From Octopus bimaculoides (Eukaryota), in the NCBI RefSeq assembly GCF_001194135.2, contig NC_068998.1:5773492-5837491 (forward strand): 64,000 nt of DNA, given 5' to 3'. A program made the translations under genes and the position numbers. The notes under the pieces are model-generated. The model was not told the origin of the DNA. It ran no database searches and was given only the letters and a program-made list of their open reading frames with translations. Positions 1 through 13,543 of the stretch are shown one piece after another (positions within the stretch are counted from its first letter, which is position 1; each line of letters opens with the position of its first letter).

Positions 1-68
1 GACAACTATATCTGGCCTATTGGCCTTTATTTTTCTATCTGTTATTATTATTATCATTATTATTATAG

Positions 69-330
69 AGTGCATGGCCTAGAGGTTAGAGTGTGGCACT
101 CACAACTGCAAGATCGTGCTTTCAATTCATAGACCGGGTGGTGCATGGTGTTCTTGAGCAAAGCACTTCATCTCACGTTGCTCTACAATCACTTTGACAC
201 CTGATGCATGGCACACCATGCACCTGTTCAGGTAATGCCGATTTGATGTAGAAGGTGAGCTAATGGGTGACATGAACATTTTGATCACTATGAACAAATC
301 ATTTGAGTGAGTCATTCAGCAAAAAGCTGA
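69..330 (+). mobile_element. tRNA-derived SINE family E; second copy at about 38765-38946+
   Basis: A/B-box-like head and shared tgacgcatggcacac...catttgatcactatgaacaaatcat body. Confidence 0.65.
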
Positions 331-1031
331 AAGCTCATAAGTTGTCTTTGACGGGAGAGTCCATCAATATTATGCCCCCCCCCCGCTACTTCTACTCATG
401 ATCAGAGATCCACATATTGCCAGCCAGCCACCAAGGGACATGCCCAAGTGATTAAGGTCAAACAACTGACAAGTGGGCAATGGGCTGGCCGAATCGTTTA
501 GCATGTCAGATAATATGCCTAGTGACTTTTCTTTTGGTTCTTTATGTTCCAAGTTCAAATCCTTTGTCTTCCATCCTTTACGGGTCAATATGATAGAGTA
601 CAAGTCAAATACTGGAGCAGATATAATCATCTTGCCCCTCCCCTCAAAATTGCTAACCTTGTGTTAAAATTACAAAACTAGAAAGAAAAAATGGTATTAT
701 TATCATTAATTTTTGTGTCTGTTCATAGTTTTCCAGCAGAAACAAAATTACTGAGCAAAACACCTTTCAAAGTTTGAAAATGTGTTTCTGACAGGAAACC
801 TTAGGTCCTTGACTCACTCCTATTGTATACTCGGGTAATATCCCCCCCACACACACACACACTCACATGCATGCGTGCACGTATGTCATTTTATGTGTAG
901 AGTACACCTGCTCTTGTTTGTAAAATCTGACCTAGGACAACATGCAAGAAACACACTGAAATGATTTACATGCGCAGTAAGGTCAAATCCCTTTGCATAA
1001 AAAGCATGTGTACTTGAATGTGAGTGAGTGA

Positions 1032-1066
<35 letters not shown>

Positions 1067-1747
1067 GCAAATAACAAGACAGGTAGAAAAGTGGGTAGAT
1101 GAATGGGTGGATGAACGGATGGAGGGGGAGGGGGAGATTGATTGAGTTAGAAGGCAGAGATAGGATGGGGAGAGAAGGGAAGGAAGGAGGTTCCAAGTGA
1201 AAAAAATAAAAGGAAAAACTAATTATATTGAGTTGGTGGTGGTGATGGTGGTTGATTGNNNNNNNNNNTTTTTTTTTTTTGTTCAAGAGCAGAAACTGGC
1301 TGCGTGTAGAAATGTGTGTGAAAGAGAGATTCTTTTTGTTGTTACATATATATATTGTAACAGAGGTGGGGTGAGAAAGAGAGAGAGAGATAGCATTGCA
1401 ATGGTGGTGGTGGTGGTGATGGTGGTTGATTGGTTATGTAAAGAGGAACAGGTAATTTCTTTGCAGAAAAGGAAGTCACCACGGAGGAGGGAGTAAGGCG
1501 AGCATGATCTGCTAGAAATAGCAGTCAGATCCCTCAAACTGATTATTGGGTTACTTGTTCAGGTCTGACCAGGGGTTAAACAACAACAGCATCAACGGCG
1601 TACCTACCCGTATGCCATTTATTATCTATTATTATCTTCTTTCTCTCACCTGTTTTGTCTATCTACCTGTCCGACTTTCTGCCTACCTGGCTGTATACTT
1701 GCTATATGCAAAAATATATATATGTATGAGTATATATATATGTATGA

Positions 1748-1785
<38 letters not shown>

Positions 1786-2904
1786 NNNNNNNNNNNNNNN
1801 NNNNNNNNNNNNNNNNNNNNNNNNNNNNNNNNNNNNNNNNNNNNNNNNNNNNNNNNNNNNNNNNNNNNNNNNNNNNNNNNNNNNNNNNNNNNNNNNNNNN
1901 NNNNNNNNNNNNNNNNNNNNNNNNNNNNNNNNNNNNNNNNNNNNNNNNNNNNNNNNNNNNNNNNNNNNNNNNNNNNNNNNNNNNNNNNNNNNNNNNNNNN
2001 NNNNNNNNNNNNNNNNNNNNNNNNNNNNNNNNNNNNNNNNNNNNNNNNNNNNNNNNNNNNNNNNNNNNNNNNNNNNNNNNNNNNNNNNNNNNNNNNNNNN
2101 NNNNNNNNNNNNNNNNNNNNNNNNNNNNNNNNNNNNNNNNNNNNNNNNNNNNNNNNNNNNNNNNNNNNNNNNNNNNNNNNNNNNNNNNNNNNNNNNNNNN
2201 NNNNNNNNNNNNNNNNNNNNNNNNNNNNNNNNNNNNNNNNNNNNNNNNNNNNNNNNNNNNNNNNNNNNNNGAGCCTGGATGCAGGTTCGAACACACAAAT
2301 ACAACCTGGACTCGAACACACGCACACACATAAGCCTGGGCACAACTTAGTGCACTTGTACCTACACAGACAACAGCTCAGACCCCCCCCCCAAGCATAC
2401 GTTACTAACTGATCTAACGTTTATTTATTTAGCCTCTCTCTCTCTCTCTCTCTTTCCCCCTCCATCTCTCATTCTCTGTGCATATGTCTATCTGTCTATC
2501 TGTCTATCTCTCTCTCTCTCTCTCTCTCTCTCCCTCTCTCAGCCCCTCGCTCTCTTCCTCAACCATTATTACCACCACCACCCTCCACCCTTGCCACCTC
2601 CGTCACAGTAATTGATCTGCTTTCTACCTCATGAGTCTCATTCATTCATTCATTCATTCATTCATTCTTCGCCTTTCTTACTGTCTTTCCATCTTCATTT
2701 CTTTCCTTTCTCTCTTTCTTCCTCTATTTTCTCGCCTTATTTTCTTCCTTCCTTCCTTTAATTTCTTTCTCTTCTTCCTTTCTCACCTTGTCTTTCTTCC
2801 TCTTTCATTCTTCCTTCATTCCTTTCCTTTACCCTCTTTCTTTCTCTCACGTTTCCTTTCTTTATTTCCTTTCTTGCTTTCTCTTACTTCCTCACCTCTT
2901 CCAC

Positions 2905-2935
<31 letters not shown>

Positions 2936-3359
2936 CCTCTCTCTCTCTCTGCGTCTCTGTCTGTCTGTCTGTCTCTCTCTCTCCCCTCTCTCCCCCCAAA
3001 ATAATATACAAGGAGGACATCACTCAAATGGCGAACGCAAACAGGAACCAGGTTGAAAGAAGATCTCTTTAATGTCTACAATTTATGCTGACTTCATTCC
3101 CCATTCCGAAGAACTACTGCTGCATCACTTCTTCTATTCTGTGTTCACATTAAATGCAATCATTCAATTTCTTGTCATTGGTACTTACTTAGCTCCGAAT
3201 AAACCCTGGTTAAACAAATCTATGATCAAAGTGTGTCCCAAATGTGACCATCCTGCCTTTAATTTTTTTTTATCTGACAATGCGTTTATGCATTTTAAAA
3301 TGGTGTGTATGTTATAGCAATACACACACATGCATACATACATACATACATACATACGC

Positions 3360-3518
3360 AGGCATGGTTGTGTGGTAAGAAGCTTGCTTTCCAACTACAT
3401 GATTCCAGGTTCAGTCTCAATGTGTGGCACATTGCCTAAGTGTCTACTGGTATAGTTTCAGGCTTACCCAAGCCTTCTAAGTGGATTCGGTAGACAGAAA
3501 CTGAAAGAAGCCCATTAT

Positions 3519-3545
<27 letters not shown>
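3360..3545 (+). mobile_element. SINE family A, 5' part
   Basis: Matches the 16563-16962 copy. Confidence 0.75.
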
Positions 3546-3552
<7 letters not shown>

Positions 3553-4298
3553 TTTTAGCTGTATTTTTAGTTCGGGTGTGTCACCAAATTTTGAAAAGAA
3601 TATGAGTGTACCGGAAGTGAAGAAAAGCTTGCGGAGCACTGCTCTACCCCATACAGTTGATGGTGCGTGTGTATGTGGTGGTGGTGGTGGAGAGGAGAGG
3701 CTCTTCTTTGTCTTGCTAGTTGCTTAGCGACCTCACTAGTACCAGTGTCATAAGAAGAAAAAAAAAAAAAAAGCACCCAGTACACTCTGTAAAGTGGTTG
3801 ACATTCAGCCATAGAAACCATGCCAAGACAAACATTGGTGCTCAGCACAGTCCTTAGGCTTATCTGATCCTCTGGAACTGTCCAACCCATGCCAGCATGG
3901 AAGATGGATGTCAAATAACAATGATACATACGTATGTATATATANNNNNNNNNNNNNNNNNNNNNNNNNNNNNNNNNNNNNNNNNNNNNNNNNNNNNNNN
4001 NNNNNNNNNNNNNNNNNNNNNNNNNNNNNNNNNNNNNNNNNNNNNNNNNNNNNNNNNNNNNNNNNNNNNNNNNNNNNNNNNNNNNNNNNNNNNNNNNNNN
4101 NNNNNNNNNNNNNNNNNNNNNNNNNNNNNNNNNNNNNNNNNNNNNNNNNNNNNNNNNNNNNNNNNNNNNNNNNNNNNNNNNNNNNNNNNNNNNNNNNNNN
4201 NNNNNNNNNNNNNNNNNNNNNNNNNNNNNNNNNNNNNNNNNNNNNNNNNNNNNNNNNNNNNNNNNNNNNNNNNNNNNNNNNNNNNNNNNNNNNNNNNN

Positions 4299-4475
4299 CC
4301 TGTATTTCAAAGGGCCAGCCTTGTCACACTGTGTCACGCTGAATATCCCCGAGAACTACGTTAAGGGTACACGTGTCTGTGGAGTGCTCAGCCACTTGCA
4401 CGTTAATTTCACGAGCAGGCTGTTCTGTTGGTCGGATCAACTGGAACCCTCCTCATCATAACCTATGGAGTACCA
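4299..4475 (+). mobile_element. SINE family D, 3' part
   Basis: gggccagccttgtcacac...gagaactacgttaagggtacacgtgtctgtggagtgctcagccacttgcacgttaat. Confidence 0.8.
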
Positions 4476-4477
4476 CA

Positions 4478-4522
<45 letters not shown>

Positions 4523-5354
4523 TGCATGTAAGCATGCTTATGTGCATACACACACACCCACACAGAAACATTTTAAATGCAGCTTTAAAATATATTTGAT
4601 AGAATTGTGTCTCTTGGTTTTCAAGCCAAAAGATTGCTTCTCACTTCCATAGAGAAGGACATTAATATCCAAACAGGTTTTCTTTTAAAATTCCATTATG
4701 TTTTGCAGAGCTGTGACAATCTGTAAGCAGAGCAGTAAGACTGTGCAAGACTTTTCTAAGGTTTAGAATATGACATTGTTTTCGTTGTCTACATTCCAAA
4801 GAAGGTGCTTTGTATCTTTGTTAGAAACCAACTCCTTCTTCAGAGGAAGAATTTAGATGATTAAATACAGAAGAGGCACACAGACAGACAGACTGACAGG
4901 CTAATAAGTTCAGTCCTGCTGCAAAGCAACTGGACAGAAAGTTGATTGTGAAGCCCCACATCAACTGACATCTTTTTGATAAAACTGGGTGGATGAAAAC
5001 TATACAGACAAAGCCTGTTGTTAGAAACATTCTACCCTGAAGTCAAAAGGTACTGCTGCCTTGTCCTACAATGTCAAACTGATTCTGTCTGAGAATTCCA
5101 GTAAGAGTACATGTATCTGTGGAATCCTCAGGTATTTATATGTTAATTCAGAGACAGGTAACTCTGCTAATAGAACAAATGAATGCACATTGTTAAATCT
5201 GACAAGGAACCACATGCGCGCACACACATATAAATACATACTTGCATTAATATTCAAAACATACGCACACACATAGACGTGTGTGTCTGTATGTGTGTGT
5301 GTGTGTGTGTGTTCTGCAAGGACAGTATGAACATTATATATATATAAAGACAAT

Positions 5355-5715
5355 CATCATTATCATTTAACGTCCGCTTTCCATGCTAGCATGGGTTAGA
5401 CGATTTGACTGAGGACTGGCAAACCAGAAGGCTGCACCAGGCTCCAATCTGATTTGGCAGAGTTTCTACAGCTGGATGCTCTTCCTAACGCCAATCACTC
5501 CAAGAGTGTAGTGGGTGCTTTTACGTGCCACCGGCACGAGGGCCAGTCACATCGGACTGGCAACAGCCACGCTCAAAAAGGTGTTTTTTACGTGCCACTT
5601 GCACGGGAGCCAGTCCAGCGGCACTGGCAACAACCTCACCCAGCGGCGCTGGCAACGACCTCACCCAGCGGCACTGGCAACGATCTCGCCCAGCAGCACT
5701 GGCAACGACCTCGAA
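5355..5715 (+). mobile_element. Interspersed repeat family C (SINE-like)
   Basis: tttaacgtccgctttccatgctagcatggg...gctggatgctcttcctaacgccaa. Other copies near 3730-3920-, 12010-12222-, 13885-14075+, 15035-15180-, 18490-18640-, 21045-21450-, 35155-35245+. Confidence 0.8.
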
Positions 5716-5874
5716 TATTTCAGTAAAATTACAATTAATAAAATAAAAAATTACAGTTAATAAAATAGAAATATTATGTAAATACATAAACGTTTTCACC
5801 TCCCTGTGTATATATTTGTAGTTGTTGAGAGTGCATAACATGAGATGAAATAGAGAATAACAAACTCTGTGTGT

Positions 5875-6076
5875 GTGTGTGTGTGTGTTTGTCCCAAGCA
5901 ACATCACTTGACAACTGATGCTGGTGTGTTTACGTCCCCTGTAACTTAGCAGTTCGGCAAAAGAGACTGATAGAATAAGTGCTAGGCTTATAAAGAATAA
6001 GTCCTGGGGTCGATTTGCTCGACTAAACACGGTGCTCCAACATGGCCACAGTCAAATGACTGAAACAAGTAAAAGA
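5875..6076 (+). mobile_element. SINE family A, 3' part
   Basis: Matches the 16563-16780 segment. Confidence 0.8.
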
Positions 6077-6209
6077 CTATATATATACATACACACACAC
6101 ATACATAACTATCTATCTATCTATCTATCTATATATATATATATATATATATATAAATATAAATATATACTAACACGCACATACATATATCTATGTATGT
6201 AATATATAT

Positions 6210-6240
<31 letters not shown>

Positions 6241-6308
6241 CACATACACATACAAANNNNNNNNNNNNNNNNNNNNNNNNNNNNNNNNNNNNNNNNNNNN
6301 NNNNNGTG

Positions 6309-6340
<32 letters not shown>

Positions 6341-8116
6341 TATATATAAATATATCTCCTTGATATTCTTCCTTCCTCCCCACAGCGCTTTCTGGGCGTT
6401 ATGTCGATGATACAATAATGAAAATATCATTATTATCACCAATGTTTGGCGTGATAATACCATTATTTCATGTTCTTTGATTCCAATCCTTCTTTCGCTG
6501 TCAGTCTGTTCTTTCCCCTTATCTCTTACCTCTTTTTGTTTTGTTTTGTTTCCTGCTTTTCTTTCTTTTTTTTCTTTGGGTTTTTGTTACTCCTCATTGG
6601 CACCGCTCTCTTTCTCTTTCTTTTCATAATGCTTTCTTTCTTTCTTATCTTTGGTTTTGCCAAAAATGAAAAAGAAATAAATCCAATACAAAAATAATAA
6701 TAANNNNNNNNNNNNNNNNNNNNNNNNNNNNNNNNNNNNNNNNNNNNNNNNNNNNNNNNNNNNNNNNNNNNNNNNNNNNNNNNNNNNNNNNNNNNNNNNN
6801 NNNNNNNNNNNNNNNNNNNNNNNNNNNNNNNNNNNNNNNNNNNNNNNNNNNNNNNNNNNNNNNNNNNNNNNNNNNNNNNNNNNNNNNNNNNNNNNNNNNN
6901 NNNNNNNNNNNNNNNNNNNNNNNNNNNNNNNNNNNNNNNNNNNNNNNNNNNNNNNNNNNNNNNNNNNNNNNNNNNNNNNNNNNNNNNNNNNNNNNNNNNN
7001 NNNNNNNNNNNNNNNNNNNNNNNNNNNNNNNNNNNNNNNNNNNNNNNNNNNNNNNNNNNNNNNNNNNNNNNNNNNNNNNNNNNNNNNNNNNNNNNNNNNN
7101 NNNNNNNNNNNNNNNNNNNNNNNNNNNNNNNNNNNNNNNNNNNNNNNNNNNNNNNNNNNNNNNNNNNNNNNNNNNNNNNNNNNNNNNNNNNNNNNNNNNN
7201 NNNNNNNNNNNNNNNNNNNNNNNNNNNNNNNNNNNNNNNNNNNNNNNNNNNNNNNNNNNNNNNNNNNNNNNNNNNNNNNNNNNNNNNNNNNNNNNNNNNN
7301 NNNNNNNNNNNNNNNNNNNNNNNNNNNNNNNNNNNNNNNNNNNNNNNNNNNNNNNNNNNNNNNNNNNNNNNNNNNNNNNNNNNNNNNNNNNNNNNNNNNN
7401 NNNNNNNNNNNNNNNNNNNNNNNNNNNNNNNNNNNNNNNNNNNNNNNNNNNNNNNNNNNNNNNNNNNNNNNNNNNNNNNNNNNNNNNNNNNNNNNNNNNN
7501 NNNNNNNNNNNNNNNNNNNNNNNNNNNNNNNNNNNNNNNNNNNNNNNNNNNNNNNNNNNNNNNNNNNNNNNNNNNNNNNNNNNNNNNNNNNNNNNNNNNN
7601 NNNNNNNNNNNNNNNNNNNNNNNNNNAAAACATTTGACAATACGAGCCGCCCACAATGAGGTTTGAAACTACTGTCGGCTTCTTTGAATTGGCAGTCAGT
7701 CTGACTAGCAGAGTTCTGCGAGGAACAACATCATCGACCTGGTCTGGTGTTCTTGTGAGTTCGCTTTTGCTTTCAAACACAAAACGATAAACGATAAAAC
7801 GAAAATCAGAGCCTTTTGTGACCACCCCTCCTTTAGAAAAAAAATAACCTCATTTACCCCATAATTCCCATTTATCTGTGAAAATATAATTAAGAATTTT
7901 AGAGAGTCTTAGTAAAGGAAATAATAATACTATCTAAAGTTTTTAATTAGTTGATATAAATTAGTTTTAATTAGTTGATATAATTAAGTTGTCAGTGTTT
8001 AGAATATAGATTGGGGGTGGGGGGTAGAAACCCAGGTTTCTTGCATAATAAATATTATAATAGAAAACTTTGGATTTAAACCAGAGCATTTAATTAATAC
8101 TCATTAGCATCGTTAA

Positions 8117-8152
<36 letters not shown>

Positions 8153-8577
8153 TGATGAAAAGTTTGGATTCTAACGCAAAAAAAATGTTTAAACTGAGGT
8201 AGTCGTGTAGACCGGAGCTGTATCGGAACTATTTTGGTAGGTAGGAAAGAAATGAGCTACAAAAACACAAAAAAAAAAAAAAAGTGGCTGGCGCTAGAGA
8301 TAGTTTTTGTTGCAAATTTTATTGTTTTTTTTTTTACTTGTTTTCTTCATATTTTTGTTAAGAGATGACAGAAAGGCAGAGAACAGAGGGTAATAATAAT
8401 AATAATAATAATAATAATCGCTTAGATATTATTACCTTTAGGGTGGGCTGGGTAGTAGGTGATACCACTCGTCTCTAGTACATGATTGTTTCTTTACCCT
8501 GGAACGAAGCAAGGCATAGTTTATTTCAGCAGTATTTAAACTTGAAATGTAAAGAACCAGAACTATAACAACAACAA

Positions 8578-8768
8578 TAATAATAATAATAGTATCTGAC
8601 ATAAAGCAAGGCCAGGATTTGTGGTTTATTTTATTGACCCCTAGAGGTATGAAAAAGGCAGTGTTGACCTCATTGGGTTTGAACTCGTAATGTAGATGTG
8701 CCTTAAGTAAATTATTGCCAGGTACGTGCTCCAGTCCAATGCTGTAATGGTTTTGCCAATCTGCCACC

Positions 8769-8805
<37 letters not shown>

Positions 8806-9058
8806 TGATGATGATGATGGTAATGTTTTCTGCTATAGGCACAAGGCCTGAGATTTGGGGAAAGTGGGGGTAGTTGATCGCATCGACCTCCCCCCCCCAC
8901 TCCTGTGTGTGTAACTGGTACTCATTTCTTTGCTTCTGAAGGGATGAAAGGCAAAGTTGACCTCGGTGGAATTCGAACTCGGAACGTATCGACGGACGAA
9001 ATGCTTCGCAGCATTTTGCCCGGCGTGCTAACTATTCTACCAGTTCACCACTTTAATA
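8578..9058 (-). mobile_element. Two SINE family B copies separated by (AAT)n
   Basis: aaagttgacctcggtggaattcgaactc motif and related segments. Confidence 0.75.
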
Positions 9059-10259
9059 ATAATAATAATAATGATGATGGTTTATTTTTTTTGTCACCAG
9101 GGAAAAAAATATAAGAAATTAGTGAAACCGAATGAGGAAAGAAGTAAAAAAACCATGGTTTATAAATACACATGGTATATATATATATACACGCACACAC
9201 ACAGACATACATATANNNNNNNNNNNNNNNNNNNNNNNNNNNNNNNNNNNNNNNNNNNNNNNNNNNNNNNNNNNNNNNNNNNNNNNNNNNNNNNNNNNNN
9301 NNNNNNNNNNNNNNNNNNNNNNNNNNNNNNNNNNNNNNNNNNNNNNNNNNNNNNNNNNNNNNNNNNNNNNNNNNNNNNNNNNNNNNNNNNNNNNNNNNNN
9401 NNNNNNNNNNNNNNNNNNNNNNNNNNNNNNNNNNNNNNNNNNNNNNNNNNNNNNNNNNNNNNNNNNNNNNNNNNNNNNNNNNNNNNNNNNNNNNNNNNNN
9501 NNNNNNNNNNNNNNNNNNNNNNNNNNNNNNNNNNNNNNNNNNNNNNNNNCATTTCTTCACCCTCTTCATCTTCTGCATAATCATCATCATCATCATCATC
9601 TACTTCTTCTATGATTTATATCATTGTTTCTTGTTTTTTTCCTTCTTCTTCTCCCCCTGACATTATTCTTATTACTGGAAATATAAATCATAGCAAAGTG
9701 GTGGCTGTCAAAGAGTTTTGGTAGACAGGTGGAATTTAGTGACATCCAAGGAAATGTAATTGCATTTTTTGCTTTCACAATGATGTTTGCATCAAGATGT
9801 GGTCAGACTTTGATTTCGTACTTCTGAAAGTGGTGTTTGAAAAATTGGAGGGTTGATACAGTAAGTACCAACTGTGTATTCGTGGCTGGCCTTCATCAAA
9901 AATATTTCAATTTGGTCTTAAATAAAAGAGAAGAAAAACGCTTATTTAAGTAGGAAGAACAAAACTGGAAGATGGTATTTCCCATGCCTTGGGGACGACA
10001 GAATAATCCGGGACTTTTTTTTACATGGGGTTTATAGTGAATTACCCTAGTTTTCTAGAAACTTCTTTCAAAATTCTTATTTTGTGTTTCACTCATTAAC
10101 TTGTGTTGGTTGAACTGTGTAAAATGTCAGAGAAACGAACCTAACTGCTTCTTGCAATACATATCAATGGGTACATCTAAAGCAGGGGTTTTCAACCATT
10201 TATTTTTATCTATTTTGATTACTATTTTATTCCGGTGGACCCCCATAGCCATTCGATGT

Positions 10260-10492
10260 TTAACCCATTAAGTCCCACTGCCCTATAAATAGGACACGAA
10301 ATGAAAACATTAAATAAGCTGTATCACATTGTCTCAGTGTCCTATTTATAGGACACCAAGTATTTCCATTTCTACTTGAAGTAAAGGAGTTTTAATAATT
10401 ACTTTTTTTTTCATTTTAACCTATTTTCAATCATTTGTAAAAATTTAAAAGTAATATCCTGAAATTTAAGTATGTGGGGCTTAATGGGTTAA
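10260..10492. mobile_element. piggyBac-type MITE with TTAA target sites
   Basis: TTAA-cccattaagtccca ... tggggcttaatggg-TTAA; internal inverted cctataaataggacac / gtgtcctatttatagg. Confidence 0.8.
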
Positions 10493-11259
10493 GGGCAACA
10501 AGCTGGTTGAATTGTTAACGATCACACAAAATCTCAACAGCATTTCTTCCAGCTCTTTATGTTATGTTTTGAGTTCAAATCCCGTCTCTAAGTTGAACCT
10601 TGCTGTTCATCCCTCCAGGGTCAATAGAATATTACACCTGTCAAGCAATGGTGTCACTCGAATCAATTAACCCACTGCCCTCAAAACCTCTGGCCTTACG
10701 CCAAAACTTCAAACCATTATATAATGTTGTTGTTATCATTGTTATTAATATTGACATTGTGTTGCCAACAGTTTCATGTAACCACTGCACACAACCAGAT
10801 GCAACTGCATCTTTCTGAGGTTATATGCATTATTGTCTCTTGTGGAATGCAGAAATTACGCATGTCTGTTGCATCAGCCAATGCTTTGTCGCAGGATTTA
10901 TTCTGTTATTTCTGGTTGATTCTTTCACTTTTGCGTTTCATAAGTATGTTGTGTGTGTGTGTGTGTGTGTGTGTTTGGGACATAGCTGTGTTCTAAGTCT
11001 TGGTGCCGGCTGATGTTTGTATAAAAAGCATATGATGTGCCGGCTGTGTTAGGTTGCTGCGAGACTGTTGTTTAAAATTTGGGATGTATGAGGTGGTGGT
11101 GGTGGTGGTGGTGGTGGTGGTNNNNNNNNNNGTTTGTATAAAAAGCATATGATGTGCCGGCTGTGTTAGGTTGCTGCGAGACTGTTGTTTAAAATTTGGG
11201 ATGTATGAGGTGGTGGTGGTGGTGGTGGTGGTGGTGGTATTGCTGCTGGTGGTAATGTG

Positions 11260-11305
<46 letters not shown>

Positions 11306-11837
11306 CAAATGACATGGCTACCTGTTCAAGACTACCTGTTCAGGGCTACCTGGTTCAGGGGACTTTTAGCTAAGGAACTGTTAGATTCCAGAAATTTCTA
11401 ACCTGGAAGTGCTATGGATTGGCTGCGTTGTGTGAGGGAGACGGGAGGGGGCATATTTTGCTGATTAGGGATAGACTCTGTCAATATATACACACACACA
11501 CACACACACACATATACATATATATATATTTGTGTCTGTGTTAGTCCCCCAACCATTGCTTGACAACCGATGCTAGCAGTTCGGCAAAAAGAGACCGATA
11601 AAATAAGTACTAGGCTTACAAAGAATAAGTCCTGGGGTCGATTTGCTCAACTAAAGGTGGTGCTCCAGCATGGCCACAGTCAAATGACTGAAACAAGAAA
11701 AAAGAAAAAAAGAGTATTGTTATCTAAGACATCGCACAATATTCCAATATCATGATGTTGTTGATTGAAGGTATTGTGTACACCGGTGGATGGGGATGTT
11801 GTACTGTCTGTCAAGGACCTCATTTTTGCAGTATGCC

Positions 11838-11871
<34 letters not shown>

Positions 11872-13274
11872 TGTGTTCTGAGTTCAAACCAAGGTCAATT
11901 TTGCTGTTCACCCTTTAGCAGGTTAATGAAATAAGGTACCAGTTAAGTACTGGGGAGGTCTATGCAATCAACTGCTCTGTCCACAAATGTCTGATCTTAT
12001 GCCAGTACCACTTAAATGGCACCTGTGCCAGTGCCACGTAAAATGCATTCAATACATTCTATAAAACGGTTCGCACTATGAAGGGCAACCACCTACAGAA
12101 AGCATGCCAAAAACAGACAAGTGGAGACTGGTACTGCCCCCTGGTGTGCCAGCTCCTGTCAAACTGTCCAATCAATGTCAGCATGGAAAATAGACACTAA
12201 ATGATGATGATGATGATGATGATGACGATCAACATCATTATTATTATTGCTATTATCGTTGTTGTTGTTGTTGTTGTTGTTATCGTCAATAATGTTAGAC
12301 AGGCGCTCATAGAAGGGGCAGCAACTGGTGGAAATAGCGGGCTGCTAAGAACCGAGCTCCTTGCACTATTTGGTTATCTCCTCTTGTTAGCATACTGAGT
12401 TTCAATCTCACCGGGTTTTCCATCCCTGTGACATTGAGAAACTGCACGTAATCCATTGAATCAACAGCCAGCCAGCCAACCAACCAACCAACTTACCACC
12501 ACCACCACAAGAAGAAGAAGAAATTTGTGGATTACTGCCAAAGTTATTTTTGCATACATTCTGAGGATCAGAGCATCAGAGACAAAGGACTCTCTCTCTG
12601 TCTTTTCTCTCTACTTCTCTCTTTCTCTTTCTCTCTCTCTCTCTCACACACACGCACACACGTGTGTACGTGATATAATTTGTGGTTCTTATGTTTGTAA
12701 ATAATAAGATATAGGATTTCACAGTTGAATTACCGAATATATAAAAGCAACACACACAAGACACCATGATGGAATCTTGGTTGATACTATTTATGTCAAG
12801 AGGGTGTGATTTTTGTGATACACACACACACACTAGCATATATTTATATTGCAACTCTAAAATAATAATAATAATCTTTTCTACTCTAGGCACAAGGCCT
12901 GAAATTTTGGGGGAGAGAGGCAGTCGATTAGATCGACCCCAGTACGCAACTGGTACTTAATTTATCGACCCCAGAGGGATGGGATGCAAAGTCGACCTCG
13001 GCGGAATTTGAATAATAATAATAATAGCTCTCTCAGATTAAGCCACTCACACACACACACACACACTCATTTGATCTCACACACACACAACCTGTGTTCT
13101 TTTTAGTTTTTTTTATATTTTTGTTACCTCCTAAATTTTATAGAATTTTTTTTTCTTTCCATATTTTCATTTTCCTTATCTGTATTCCATTACCTCCGAA
13201 ATATATTCTGATACATTTTGTTCTCGTCTCATTCCAGGTTTTACCTCCCACATTAAAGTGTTCTTTCCGTAAGC

Positions 13275-13543
13275 ATGCAAGCAGTGGTACCGAAATGTAA
13301 CGGCCACACCGTTTTCACGCAGTGTGTGCGCTGTGCTCACACTTTGACCAAAAATGTTCAGGTTGTATCATCCAAAGAACTGCAACAGCTGATGCAAGCA
13401 GTTCAAAATCTCTATTCCCATAACTATTGCACGTCCTGCTGCAAAATGCTGTCGCCGAAATTGAACCTGCATCGCAACACACGACTGTCTGAATCTCATC
13501 AGTTACCTTTGCTTCTGCCCATTGCCAATTTCTTCAATTTTCG
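13275..13543 (+). CDS. NAGS: NAGS coding exon 1 (N-terminal leader)
   Basis: Acceptor ttccAG at 13237, in-frame TAA upstream of ATG 13275, donor CG|GTAAGA in phase 2 matching exon 2. No recognisable homology, so assigned by splice logic. Confidence 0.7.

Noticed and set aside
69-140. SINE heads as tRNA genes
   Set aside because: They keep A/B-box-like motifs but no complete cloverleaf, and continue into SINE bodies.
3010-3317. 81-aa ORF or unique segment as an exon of another gene
   Set aside because: No recognisable homology and no consistent acceptor/donor pair on either strand.
4600-5200. Unique segment with several AG/GT-like sites
   Set aside because: Candidate exons give short frames with stops or impossibly short introns; no protein similarity recognised.
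5615-5714. Short repeat arrays as CRISPR
   Set aside because: Units are contiguous with no unique spacers, there are no cas genes, and the context is eukaryotic.
11012-11240. Exact duplication of about 100 bp on both sides of a 10-N gap
   Set aside because: Typical unmerged contig overlap, i.e. an assembly artefact.
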